Source: an uncultured Gemmatimonadaceae bacterium
GTDB taxonomy: Bacteria > Gemmatimonadota > Gemmatimonadetes > Gemmatimonadales > Gemmatimonadaceae
Assembly (NCBI GenBank): GCA_963843845.1
Contig: CAWJMB010000002.1
Coordinates: 2,784,001 to 2,848,000, forward strand
Direction: 5' to 3'
Length of the DNA stretch: 64,000 bases
Below the pieces are notes generated by a model. The model was not told the origin of the DNA and made no database searches. It saw only the letters and a program-made list of their open reading frames with translations. Within the stretch, counting starts at the first letter, position 1, and each line of letters starts with the position of its first letter. The position numbers and the translations under genes were made by a program. This document shows, in pieces, positions 34,439 through 42,946 of this stretch.

Positions 34439-35476
34439 GTGCCGATCACCCTCACTGATCGCCTCGTCGTCGCCGTCGCGTCCAGCGCCCTCTTCGACTT
34501 GGAGGACTCCGACCGCGTCTTCCGCGAGCACGGCGAGGAGGCCTACCGCCAGTACCAGCGGGACCACGAGAGCGACGTGCTGGCCCCAGGCGTCGCGTTC
34601 CCGCTCGTGCGCCGGCTGCTGGCGCTGAACGGGGCGGACCCGGGCGACCAGGTGGTCGAGATCGTCCTGCTCTCGCGCAACGATCCCGACACGGGGCTCC
34701 GGGTGTTCAACGCCATCGAGCACCATGGACTGGCCATCTCCCGGGCGGCGTTCGTGAAGGGCCGGAACCCGCACCTGTACCTGCCGGCGTTCAACGCCTC
34801 GCTGTTCCTGTCGGCGCACGCGGAGGACGTCCGGCGGGCCGTGGCGGCGGGGCTCCCCGCTGGGCAGGTCTTCCCAACGCGGTTCGTGGACGACGAGGCG
34901 GAGACGGAGCTGCGCATCGCGTTCGACTTCGACGGGATCATCGCCGACGACTCCGCGGAGGCGATCTTCAAGACCGGCGGGCTGGCCAGCTTCCACGCCA
35001 GCGAGCGGGAGCGGGCACTCGAACCGATGGCGGTGGGGCCCCTGCAGCGCTTCTTCGCCGAGGTGGCGGGCGTGCAGGCCAAAGAGCGGGCCCGCCAGTG
35101 CCGCGACCCCGGGTATCAGCCGCGGCTCCGGGTGGCCATCGTAACGGCGCGCAACGCCCCGGCCCACAAGCGGGTGATCACGACCCTGCGGCAGTGGGGC
35201 ATCCAGGTGGACGAGGCCTTCTTCCTCGGCGGCGTGGAGAAGGCCGAGATCCTCCGGACGTTCCGACCGCACATCTTCTTCGACGACCAGCTCACCCACG
35301 TCACTGGGGCTTCGGAGGTCACCCCTTCCGTGCACGTGCCGTTCGGCGTGGCGAACGCTGTCGCGGCGCCGCTGGAGGCTCCGGCCCTGCCCACGCTCGA
35401 GGAGGGGGGCGGCGGCGCAGGCCCGGACGCGGCTCACGGCCTCCTGGGTGCGGCACCCCACGTGGTCCCCGGATAG
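34439..35476 (+). CDS. 5'-nucleotidase (cN-I/NT5C1-like HAD family)
   Basis: LVVAVASSALFDL, ELRIAFDFDGIIA, VTARNAPAHKR, FFLGG, PHIFFDDQ. Confidence 0.9.
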   Translation: MPITLTDRLVVAVASSALFDLEDSDRVFREHGEEAYRQYQRDHESDVLAPGVAFPLVRRLLALNGADPGDQVVEIVLLSRNDPDTGLRVFNAIEHHGLAISRAAFVKGRNPHLYLPAFNASLFLSAHAEDVRRAVAAGLPAGQVFPTRFVDDEAETELRIAFDFDGIIADDSAEAIFKTGGLASFHASERERALEPMAVGPLQRFFAEVAGVQAKERARQCRDPGYQPRLRVAIVTARNAPAHKRVITTLRQWGIQVDEAFFLGGVEKAEILRTFRPHIFFDDQLTHVTGASEVTPSVHVPFGVANAVAAPLEAPALPTLEEGGGGAGPDAAHGLLGAAPHVVPG

Positions 35477-35601
35477 CAACTGCCGGGGCGACCTCGCGCC
35501 CGCGGGCGAGGCGCACAGAGGACGGGGGCGGCGCCGTGATACGGCGCCACCCCCGTTCTCACACCCGTCCTCGCCACACAACCTCGTTGCTATGCTTAGC
35601 G

Positions 35602-35670
35602 TTACGAGATTACGAGAAGATCGCAAACGATTACGAGTGGCCGCGATCAGGAATTACGAGACCCCACGCA
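35602..35670. repeat. Four TTACGAG direct repeats ending in ...ACCCCACGCA; candidate transposon right end (TnsB-binding sites)
   Basis: Copies start at 35602, 35610, 35631 and 35654 (spacing 8, 21, 23 bp) in an AT-richer intergenic stretch at the island/backbone boundary. Confidence 0.6.
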
Positions 35671-35726
35671 AGATCCCAAGCCTCCTGTAAACCCGGCGCG
35701 GTTCAAGAGCGTACAGCGTCGCCCCT

Positions 35727-36920
35727 TTACTGCACCGTGTTGATCATGTCGAAGATGGGCAGGTACATCGCCACCACCATCCCCCCCACGACCACGCCGA
35801 GCACCACGATCATGATCGGCTCCAGCAAGGCGAGCAGCGCACTCACCGCCGCGTCCACCTCGCTGTCGTAGAAGTCCGCGATCTTCGAGAGCATCTCGTC
35901 GAGCCCGCCCGTCTGCTCCCCGACCGCGATCATCGAGATCACCATCGGCGGGAACACGTTCGACTTCTGCAGCGGCGCCGCGATCGTGTCGCCCCCCGCG
36001 ATCGACGCCCGCGACGCGAGGATCGCGTCCTGCACCACCCGGTTCCCCGACGTCCGCGCCGTGATCTCGAGCCCGTCGAGGATCGAGACGCCCGACGAGA
36101 TCAGCGTGCCCAACGTCCGCGTGAAGCGCGACACCGACGCCTTCCGGATCACGTCGCCGAGCACCGGCACGCGCAGCATGAGGCGGTCGATCACGAGCTG
36201 CCCGGCGTCGGTCGCGTAGTACTTCTTGATCGACACCGCGGCGAACGCCATCCCCCCCGCCACCGCCCACCAGTAGCCGTTCACGAAGCGCGACATCGAG
36301 ACGACGATCTGCGTCGGCAGCGGCAGCGCGAGGTTCACGCTCGCGAACATCGTCTCGAACACCGGGATCACCTTCCACAGCAGCACGACGATCGCGATCG
36401 CCGCGACGCTCATGATCACCGTCGGGTAGATCATCGCCCCCTTCACCTTCCGCACGAGCTGGTCGTTCTTCTCCAGGAAGGTCGCGAGGCGCATGAGGAT
36501 CGTGTCGAGGATGCCGCCCGCCTCCCCCGCCGCGACCATGTTCACGTACAGCTCGCTGAACGCCTTCGGGTGGTTCCCCATCGCGCCGGCGACCGTCGCG
36601 CCGCTCTCGACGTCGAACACCACCGCGCGCGTCACGTCGGCGAGCGCCTTGTTCTCGGTCTGCTTCGACAGGATGTCGAGCGCCTGCACGAGCGGCAGGC
36701 CGGCGTTGATCATCGTCGAGAACTGCCGCGTGAAGATGACGACGTCGCGCATCTTCACCTTCCCCTTCGGCCTCGGCTTCTTCGCCTCCTCGTCGATCTT
36801 GACGACGTGCATCCGCTGCCGGCGGAGCTGCGCGATGACGTCGTCGCGGCTCGGCGCCTCGAGCGTCGCGGTCTTGAGGTCGCCGTTGAGGGCGCGGGCG
36901 GTGTAGGCAAAACTCGGCAT
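35727..36920 (-). CDS. pilC: Type IV pilus platform protein PilC
   Basis: FTRQFSTMINAGLPL, AGEAGGILD, VGEQTGGLDEML, MYLPIF. Confidence 0.95.
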   Translation of the reverse strand: MPSFAYTARALNGDLKTATLEAPSRDDVIAQLRRQRMHVVKIDEEAKKPRPKGKVKMRDVVIFTRQFSTMINAGLPLVQALDILSKQTENKALADVTRAVVFDVESGATVAGAMGNHPKAFSELYVNMVAAGEAGGILDTILMRLATFLEKNDQLVRKVKGAMIYPTVIMSVAAIAIVVLLWKVIPVFETMFASVNLALPLPTQIVVSMSRFVNGYWWAVAGGMAFAAVSIKKYYATDAGQLVIDRLMLRVPVLGDVIRKASVSRFTRTLGTLISSGVSILDGLEITARTSGNRVVQDAILASRASIAGGDTIAAPLQKSNVFPPMVISMIAVGEQTGGLDEMLSKIADFYDSEVDAAVSALLALLEPIMIVVLGVVVGGMVVAMYLPIFDMINTVQ

Positions 36921-36932
36921 CGTGGACTCCCG

Positions 36933-38087
36933 TCAGGCCGTTGGACTCTGCCCGCTCATGCGCAGCAGCTCGTTCGGGTCGCCGCTCACGCGCAGCGCCT
37001 CCTCGATCGTGATCTGGCGCTCCACGTAGAGGCGGTAGAGCGCGTCGTTCAGCGTCTGCATGCCGAACTTCTTGCCGCCCTGCATCAGCGAGTAGATCTG
37101 GTGCACCTTGTCGTCGCGGATCAGCGCGCGGATGGCCGGCGTCACGACGAGCACTTCGGCCGCGAGCGCGCGCCCCTTCCCGGCCGTCTTCGGGATCAAC
37201 GTCTGCGTCACGATCCCCTCGAGCACGAACGCGAGCTGCGCCCGCACCTGCGACTGCTGGTGGCTCGGGAAGACGTCGATGATGCGGTTGATCGCCTCGG
37301 CCGCGCTGTTCGTGTGCAGCGTCGCGAACGCGAGGTGGCCGGTCTCGGCGATCGTCAGCGCGGCCTGGATCGTCTCCAGGTCGCGCATCTCGCCGACGAG
37401 GATGACGTCCGGATCCTCGCGCAGCGCGTACTTCAGCGCACTCTGGAACGATTTCGTGTCGGTGCCGACCTCGCGCTGGTTGACGATGCAGTTCTGGTGG
37501 CGGTGCACGAACTCGATCGGGTCCTCGACCGTGATGATGTGCCCGCGCCGCTCCTTGTTGATCTTGTCGATCATCGCGGCGAGCGTCGTGCTCTTGCCCG
37601 AGCCCGTCGGGCCGGTGACGAGCACGAGGCCGCGCGGCTTCTCCGCCATCCGCGAGATCGCCGGCGGCAGCCCCAGCGCGTCGAGCGTCCGGATCGTGAA
37701 CGGGATCTGCCGGATCGCCACCGACACGCAGCCGCGCTGCTTGAACACGTTGCCGCGGAAGCGCGCGAGCTGCTGGATGCCGAACGAGAAGTCCAGCTCG
37801 TCGTCCATCTCGAACCGCTTCTTCTGCGCGTCGGTCAGCACCGAGTAGGCGAGCGCCATCGTGTCGCGCGGCGTCAGCGTCTGCTCGACGCTCGCGTTCA
37901 CGATGTCGCCGTCGACGCGCAGCTTCGGCCGCTCGCCGGCCGTGAGGTGCAGGTCGCTCGCGCCGCGCTCGACCATCTCTTCGAGCAGGGTGCGGAGGTT
38001 CAACTGCCGGGGATCGGGACTCGGCGGTCGGGAGGCGTCGGCAGCCGATCCCCGAGCCCCGATCTCCGGCTGTACTGTCGTCGTCAT
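36933..38087 (-). CDS. pilT: Type IV pilus retraction ATPase PilT
   Basis: ASDLHL, GPTGSGKSTT, ALREDPDVILVGEMRD, AIRALIR, GMQTLN. Confidence 0.95.
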   Translation of the reverse strand: MTTTVQPEIGARGSAADASRPPSPDPRQLNLRTLLEEMVERGASDLHLTAGERPKLRVDGDIVNASVEQTLTPRDTMALAYSVLTDAQKKRFEMDDELDFSFGIQQLARFRGNVFKQRGCVSVAIRQIPFTIRTLDALGLPPAISRMAEKPRGLVLVTGPTGSGKSTTLAAMIDKINKERRGHIITVEDPIEFVHRHQNCIVNQREVGTDTKSFQSALKYALREDPDVILVGEMRDLETIQAALTIAETGHLAFATLHTNSAAEAINRIIDVFPSHQQSQVRAQLAFVLEGIVTQTLIPKTAGKGRALAAEVLVVTPAIRALIRDDKVHQIYSLMQGGKKFGMQTLNDALYRLYVERQITIEEALRVSGDPNELLRMSGQSPTA

Positions 38088-39940
38088 GCGCTCGTCTCCC
38101 GGATGATCTGCTCCAACGTCGTGATGCCGCGCAGCACCTTGAGCCAGCCGTCCATGCGCAGCGTCAGCATCCCTTCCTCGATCGCCGTCTCGCGCAGCAG
38201 CCCGGCGTCGCCGCCGCCGGAGAGGATCACCTTGCGCAGCTTCGGGCTCATCGTCATGACCTCGTAGATCCCCTGGCGCCCCTTGAGCCCCGTGCCGTTG
38301 CACGCCTCGCAGCCGGCGCCGCGGAAGTAGGCGAGCTCCTTGAGCGGGGTGTCGATCGTCGCGTCCCCGAGGAACGGCGCCGCCTCTTTCGTCGCTCTCG
38401 CCCGCGCCCCGTCGAGCGTCTCCACGCCGATGCGCAGCGAGCGGAGCGTCGCCGTCGGCGTCGTCTTCATCGCCGCGAACTCGGCCGCCTCGGGGTGGTA
38501 GCGCACCTTGCACTTCGCGCAGATGCGCCGCACGAGCCGCTGCGCGAGCACGAGGTTCAGCGCGCTCGCGACGTTGAACGGCTCGAGCCCCATGTCGAGC
38601 AGACGCGTCACCGTCTCCGGCGCCGAGTTCGTGTGCAGCGTCGAGAGCACCATGTGCCCCGTGAGCGCCGCCTTGACCGCGATCCCGCCCGTCTCCAGAT
38701 CGCGGATCTCGCCGAGCATGATGACGTTCGGGTCCTGGCGCAGGAACGCCTTCAGCGCCGACGCGAACGTCAGCCCGACTTCCGGCCGCACGAGCACCTG
38801 GTTGATCCCGAACAGGTTGTACTCGACCGGGTCCTCGGCCGTCATGATGTTCGTGTCGCCGGTGTTGATCTTCGACAGACACGAGTAGAGCGTCGTCGTC
38901 TTGCCGGAGCCGGTCGGGCCGGTGACGAGCACCATGCCGTACGGGTTCGCGATCGCCTCCATCAGCTCGCGCTCGGCGCGCGTCTCGATGCCGAACGTCT
39001 CGAGGTCGAGCGTGAGGTTCCCCTTGTCGAGGATCCGCAGCACGATCTTCTCGCCGAACAGCGTCGGCAGCGTCGAGACGCGGAAGTCGATGACCCGCTT
39101 GCCGATCTTGAGCTTGAGCCGCCCGTCCTGCGGCACGCGCCGCTCGGCGATGTTGAGCGACGACATGATCTTGAGGCGCGAGATGAGCGCCGCCTTGAGC
39201 TTCATCGGCGGCTTCATGATCTCCTGCAGCGCGCCGTCGACGCGGAAGCGGACGCGGACCTCGTGCTCGAAGCACTCGACGTGGATGTCGCTCGCGCCGC
39301 GGTTCACGGCGTCGGTGAGGATCGCGTTCACGAGCCGCACGACCGGCGCCTCGTCGACCTGCGCCGAGAGCGGCGACCCCTCGCTCTCGTCGGTCGCGTC
39401 GAGCACCTCGACGTCGTCGCCGTCGCCCGCGATCTCGGCGAGCAGCGTCTGCATCTGCTGCATCTGCACGTCCGCGGCGGCGCTCGCGCTCTCGTAGTGC
39501 CGCTCGACGAGCGTGCGCAGCGTGACCTCGCCGGCGACGACGGGGAAGATGTCGCAGCGCGTGACGAACTTGAGGTCGTCGAGGACCGTCGCGTTCGCCG
39601 GGTCGGCGATGGCGACCGTCAGCGTGCGCCCGTCGCGCTTGAGCGGCACGACGAGGTGCTTCGTCGCGAGCTCCGCCGGCACGAGCTTGAGGATCCGCGC
39701 GTCGACCTCGAAGCGCGACAGATCGACCGCCGGCATGCGGTACTGCCGCGCGAGCATCTTCGTGAGCGCCGTCTCGGTCAGCGCCTCCTGCTTCACGAGG
39801 CAGTAGCCGAGGCGCATGCCGGACGAGCGCTGCTCGTCGAGGGCGCGCGTGAGCTGATCGCGCGTGATGAGCCCCTCGCGAATGAGGAGTTCACCGAGGC
39901 GCTCGCGGTCCGGCACGAGGGCGAGGGGGGCGGCGGCCAT
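38084..39940 (-). CDS. pilB: Type IV pilus assembly ATPase PilB
   Basis: MshEN-like RLGELL, ASDIH, GPTGSGKTTT, LRQDPN, CxxC pairs. Confidence 0.95.
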   Translation of the reverse strand: MAAAPLALVPDRERLGELLIREGLITRDQLTRALDEQRSSGMRLGYCLVKQEALTETALTKMLARQYRMPAVDLSRFEVDARILKLVPAELATKHLVVPLKRDGRTLTVAIADPANATVLDDLKFVTRCDIFPVVAGEVTLRTLVERHYESASAAADVQMQQMQTLLAEIAGDGDDVEVLDATDESEGSPLSAQVDEAPVVRLVNAILTDAVNRGASDIHVECFEHEVRVRFRVDGALQEIMKPPMKLKAALISRLKIMSSLNIAERRVPQDGRLKLKIGKRVIDFRVSTLPTLFGEKIVLRILDKGNLTLDLETFGIETRAERELMEAIANPYGMVLVTGPTGSGKTTTLYSCLSKINTGDTNIMTAEDPVEYNLFGINQVLVRPEVGLTFASALKAFLRQDPNVIMLGEIRDLETGGIAVKAALTGHMVLSTLHTNSAPETVTRLLDMGLEPFNVASALNLVLAQRLVRRICAKCKVRYHPEAAEFAAMKTTPTATLRSLRIGVETLDGARARATKEAAPFLGDATIDTPLKELAYFRGAGCEACNGTGLKGRQGIYEVMTMSPKLRKVILSGGGDAGLLRETAIEEGMLTLRMDGWLKVLRGITTLEQIIRETSA

Positions 39941-40008
39941 ACGGACGAGAGTGTCGGCCGCTCGCCGCGCGTCCTGCACCGCGGCATTCGGTCCGGCTCC
40001 GCGACGGA

Positions 40009-40524
40009 TCATCGCCGGGGCGCGCCGCCGAACGTCACGCGCGACGCGAGCTTCGCGGCGAGCTTCGGACCGATCCCCCTGACCCGGTCGAGCGCGGCGA
40101 GCGAACCGAACGAGCCGTGCAGCGCGCGGTCGAGCACGATGCGCGCGGCGAGCGCGGGACCGATGCCGGGAAGCGACTCGATCGTCGCGCTGTCGGCGAC
40201 GTCGAGGTCGACGAGGTCGACGAGGGGGGGCGGGAGTGCGGGTGCCGGGAGCGCGGGTGCCGGGAGCGCGGGTGCCGGGAGCGCGGGTGCCGGCGGTCGA
40301 CGCGCTCGTGCGGCTCGTGGGCGCGGCGCCCGCGGCGCCCGAGGCGCCCGCGCCGACGCCCGCGCCGACGCCCGCGCCGAGTCGACGGCGACGAGCTGGC
40401 CGGCGAGCGCGAGTCGCTCGGCGCGTGTGGGGGTCGCGTCGGGCGACGAGAGCACGCGCGCCGCCGCGCCGAGCACGGCGACGGCGGCGAAGAAGAGGAG
40501 GGCGTTGCGTTCGCCTGGAGTCAT
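40009..40524 (-). CDS. comEA: ComEA-family helix-hairpin-helix DNA-binding protein
   Basis: MTPGERNALLF, N-terminal TM, LPGIGPALAARIV..GSFGSL..VRGIGPK. Confidence 0.85.
   Translation of the reverse strand: MTPGERNALLFFAAVAVLGAAARVLSSPDATPTRAERLALAGQLVAVDSARASARASARAPRAPRAPRPRAARARRPPAPALPAPALPAPALPAPALPPPLVDLVDLDVADSATIESLPGIGPALAARIVLDRALHGSFGSLAALDRVRGIGPKLAAKLASRVTFGGAPRR
40232..40291. repeat. 15-bp tandem repeat x4 encoding PAPAL linker in comEA
   Basis: GGGAGCGCGGGTGCC units. Confidence 0.85.
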
Positions 40525-40613
40525 GCGGCGAACGTGGCGCGGGCGGCAGCGAGGCGCGGTGCCCGGCGAACGCAGCTCGTGTCGCGCGAACGCCGCACGC
40601 GACGCCCGACGCC

Positions 40614-40640
40614 TTGATTCGGCTTATGTTCGGGTATACT
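40614..40640 (+). promoter_or_regulatory. imuA promoter with overlapping LexA-box-like direct repeat
   Basis: TTGATT..TATACT (15-bp spacer) overlapped by ATTC-N7-GTTC (40617-40631), resembling the GTTC-N7-GTTC LexA box. Confidence 0.55.
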
Positions 40641-40699
40641 GTTTGCCCCCGAACCGTCGCGTCCGCTGTCGACTCGCCACCGAACCGTGCCGCGCCTGC

Positions 40700-41494
40700 A
40701 TGCCCTCGTCGCTCCACCTCCGCGATCTGCAACGCCAGATCGCCGAGCGCTTTCCCAACGCCGTGCCGCTCGCCGAGCGGCGCGCGCATGGCGTCGCGAC
40801 CGAGGTGTCGACCGGGATCGACGCGCTCGACCGGGCGCTGCCGAGCGGAGGGCTGCCGCGGGGGAAGGTGACGGTGTGGGCGCCGGGCGGCGGCGCGGCG
40901 GCGGTGCTGCGCGCCACCTGCCGCGCCGTGATCGCGCGCGGCGAGCGCGCCGCCTGGGTCGACGCCTCGCGCTCCACGTCGTTCGGCTGGACGTCGGAGT
41001 CGACGCCGCTCATCGTGAGCGCGCCCGATCGACGGGGCGCGTTCCGCGCGGCCGAAGTGCTGCTCGCGTCCGGCGCGTTCGGCTTCGTCGTCCTCGACAC
41101 GGTGGCGGGCGAGCATCCGATCGGGACGGAGACCGTCCGCCTGAGCCGGGCCGCGCGCGACGGGGGGGGCGCGTTCGTGGCGCTGACGCCGGTGCCGTCG
41201 CTCGCCACGCTGCGCCTGAGCTCCCGGCTCATGATCCGCGGCGCGGGGATGCGGTGGCGCCGCGATCCGTTCGGCGCGCCGGCGATGCCGGTCGCCGTGC
41301 GCGCACACGTGCGCGCGCAGGCGATGGGCTGGAACGCGTCGGCCGATCTCACGCTGGAGATCGCGCCCTATGATCTTCGGTGCGCTGTGGAGCCCGGCCT
41401 GGACCGGCGCGGCGAGGTCCGTGCCGACGTTGCGGCTTCCGCAGAGTCGCACGCCGAGGGCACGGGCGACCGCGACGGATGGCCCCACGGATGA
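40700..41494 (+). CDS. imuA: ImuA/RecA-like SOS mutagenesis protein
   Basis: STGIDALDRALPSGGLPRG, AAWVD, AAEVLLASGAFGFVVLD; first gene of the cassette. Confidence 0.8.
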   Translation: MPSSLHLRDLQRQIAERFPNAVPLAERRAHGVATEVSTGIDALDRALPSGGLPRGKVTVWAPGGGAAAVLRATCRAVIARGERAAWVDASRSTSFGWTSESTPLIVSAPDRRGAFRAAEVLLASGAFGFVVLDTVAGEHPIGTETVRLSRAARDGGGAFVALTPVPSLATLRLSSRLMIRGAGMRWRRDPFGAPAMPVAVRAHVRAQAMGWNASADLTLEIAPYDLRCAVEPGLDRRGEVRADVAASAESHAEGTGDRDGWPHG

Positions 41495-42899
41495 CGCGCC
41501 GCCGGGCGCCGCGCCGTCTGCGACGCCGTCGTCGACCGCGCTGCTGACGACGCTGCTGGCGCACGTGCCGCACGTGCGCGCGGAGCACGACGTCGTGTGG
41601 GTCGATCTGACCGGCCTGCCGACGCGCGCGACGGCCGTGCAGATCCTCGCCGCCGCCGCCGCCGCCGGCGTGCCGCGCGCGCGACTCGGCGTCTCGTGCG
41701 TCGCGCTCGCGGCCGAGATCGCGGGGCGGTGCGGACATCCGCGGGCGACCGACGACCGGCCGCTCCTCGTCGTGCGGCGCGACCACGAGCGCCGCTTCCT
41801 CGGCGCACACCCGGTCGAGTCGCTCGCGTCGTCGGCGGCGGCCGAAGGCGCGTGGGAGCCGCACGTCGCGACGCTCCTGCTCGACCTCGGCGTCGCGACG
41901 TGCGACGAGCTCGCCGGCGTGTCGGCGAGCGCGGTCGAGGTGCGGCTCGGGCGGCCGGGGGTCGCGCTGTGGCACCTGGCGCGCGCGCGCGACGACCGCC
42001 GCATCTTCGCGCGATGCCCGCGGTCGCGGCCGTCGGCGTCGCTCGCGTGGACGGAGTTCGAGCTGCGCGACGCGACGCAGCTCGTGTTCGCCGTCAACCG
42101 GCTGCTCGGTCAGGTGTGCGACGCGCTCGCCCGGAGCGGCGCGCAGACGCACCGGCTGCGGCTCACGATCACCGCGGCGCGTGGCGCGCCGCTCGTGCGT
42201 CGACTCGCGAGCGCGCGGCCGACCGCGAACCGCGCGGTCTGGGCGCGCCTCGTGCGCGCCGACCTCGAGCGGCTCGACGCCGGCGTCCTGCGCCACGGCA
42301 TCGCCGCGCTCGCCCTCGACGTCGAGGCGGACGAGGCGGCGGCCGGTCCGCAAGGCGATCTGTTCGACGCCGGATTCCAGAGCGGCGCGTCGGCCGAGTC
42401 GGCGCTCGCGCGCGTGCTCGACCGCAAGGACGGCGAGGTCGTCACGTACACCGCGATGCGTCACCCGCTGCCGGAGCGGCGCGTCGAGCGACACGTCGAG
42501 CAGGACCCGACGTCGCTCGACCGTCGGCGCGTCGCGGAACGCGCGCCCGACGTCCGCCCCGCCGAGACGCTCGCGCTCCGCGTGCTCGACCAGCCGGTGC
42601 CCGTCACGGTCACGACCGGCCTCGCGCACGGCCGCACGGCGCCGACCGCCTACCGCGTACGCCACCCCGCGTCGGTCACCGCCCCGTCGCCCCGCCCGCG
42701 CCTTCCCCGCGCCGCCGAGCCGGTGACGATCGTCGCGGCTGCCGGACCGGATCGCATCGTGACGGGCGAGGAGATCGGCGCGCGCGTCGGCCGCCACTAC
42801 TGGCAGTGCGCGACCGAGGACGAGCAGTTCGTGCTGCTGTACTGCGAGCACGGCGACGGGGCTGCCGAGTCGTGGTATCTGCACGGCTGGTGGGACTGA
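41370..42899 (+). CDS. imuB: ImuB, inactive Y-family polymerase
   Basis: LGVATCDELA..VEVRLG, QGDLF clamp motif, GPDRI..YW..WYLHGWWD. Confidence 0.85.
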   Translation: MIFGALWSPAWTGAARSVPTLRLPQSRTPRARATATDGPTDDAPPGAAPSATPSSTALLTTLLAHVPHVRAEHDVVWVDLTGLPTRATAVQILAAAAAAGVPRARLGVSCVALAAEIAGRCGHPRATDDRPLLVVRRDHERRFLGAHPVESLASSAAAEGAWEPHVATLLLDLGVATCDELAGVSASAVEVRLGRPGVALWHLARARDDRRIFARCPRSRPSASLAWTEFELRDATQLVFAVNRLLGQVCDALARSGAQTHRLRLTITAARGAPLVRRLASARPTANRAVWARLVRADLERLDAGVLRHGIAALALDVEADEAAAGPQGDLFDAGFQSGASAESALARVLDRKDGEVVTYTAMRHPLPERRVERHVEQDPTSLDRRRVAERAPDVRPAETLALRVLDQPVPVTVTTGLAHGRTAPTAYRVRHPASVTAPSPRPRLPRAAEPVTIVAAAGPDRIVTGEEIGARVGRHYWQCATEDEQFVLLYCEHGDGAAESWYLHGWWD

Positions 42900-42946
42900 A
42901 TCGTTCGGCCGCGCGCACCGTCGTGCCTCCCGCTGCCGGCGCGTCT

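Larger units (their letters stand above)
1..35670. mobile_element. Putative Tn7-like/Mu-family transposon (defence island); left end outside the window
   Basis: Contains TnsB- and TnsC-like genes and several defence systems. An end-like repeat cluster at 35602-35670 coincides with the switch to housekeeping genes. The extent is inferred. Confidence 0.6.

Noticed and set aside
35602..35670. Repeat cluster as a CRISPR array or Tn3 inverted repeat
   Set aside because: Repeats are 7-8 bp with short irregular spacers and no cas genes. The GGGGTC start does not continue into a Tn3-type 38-bp IR, and there is no Tn3 transposase.
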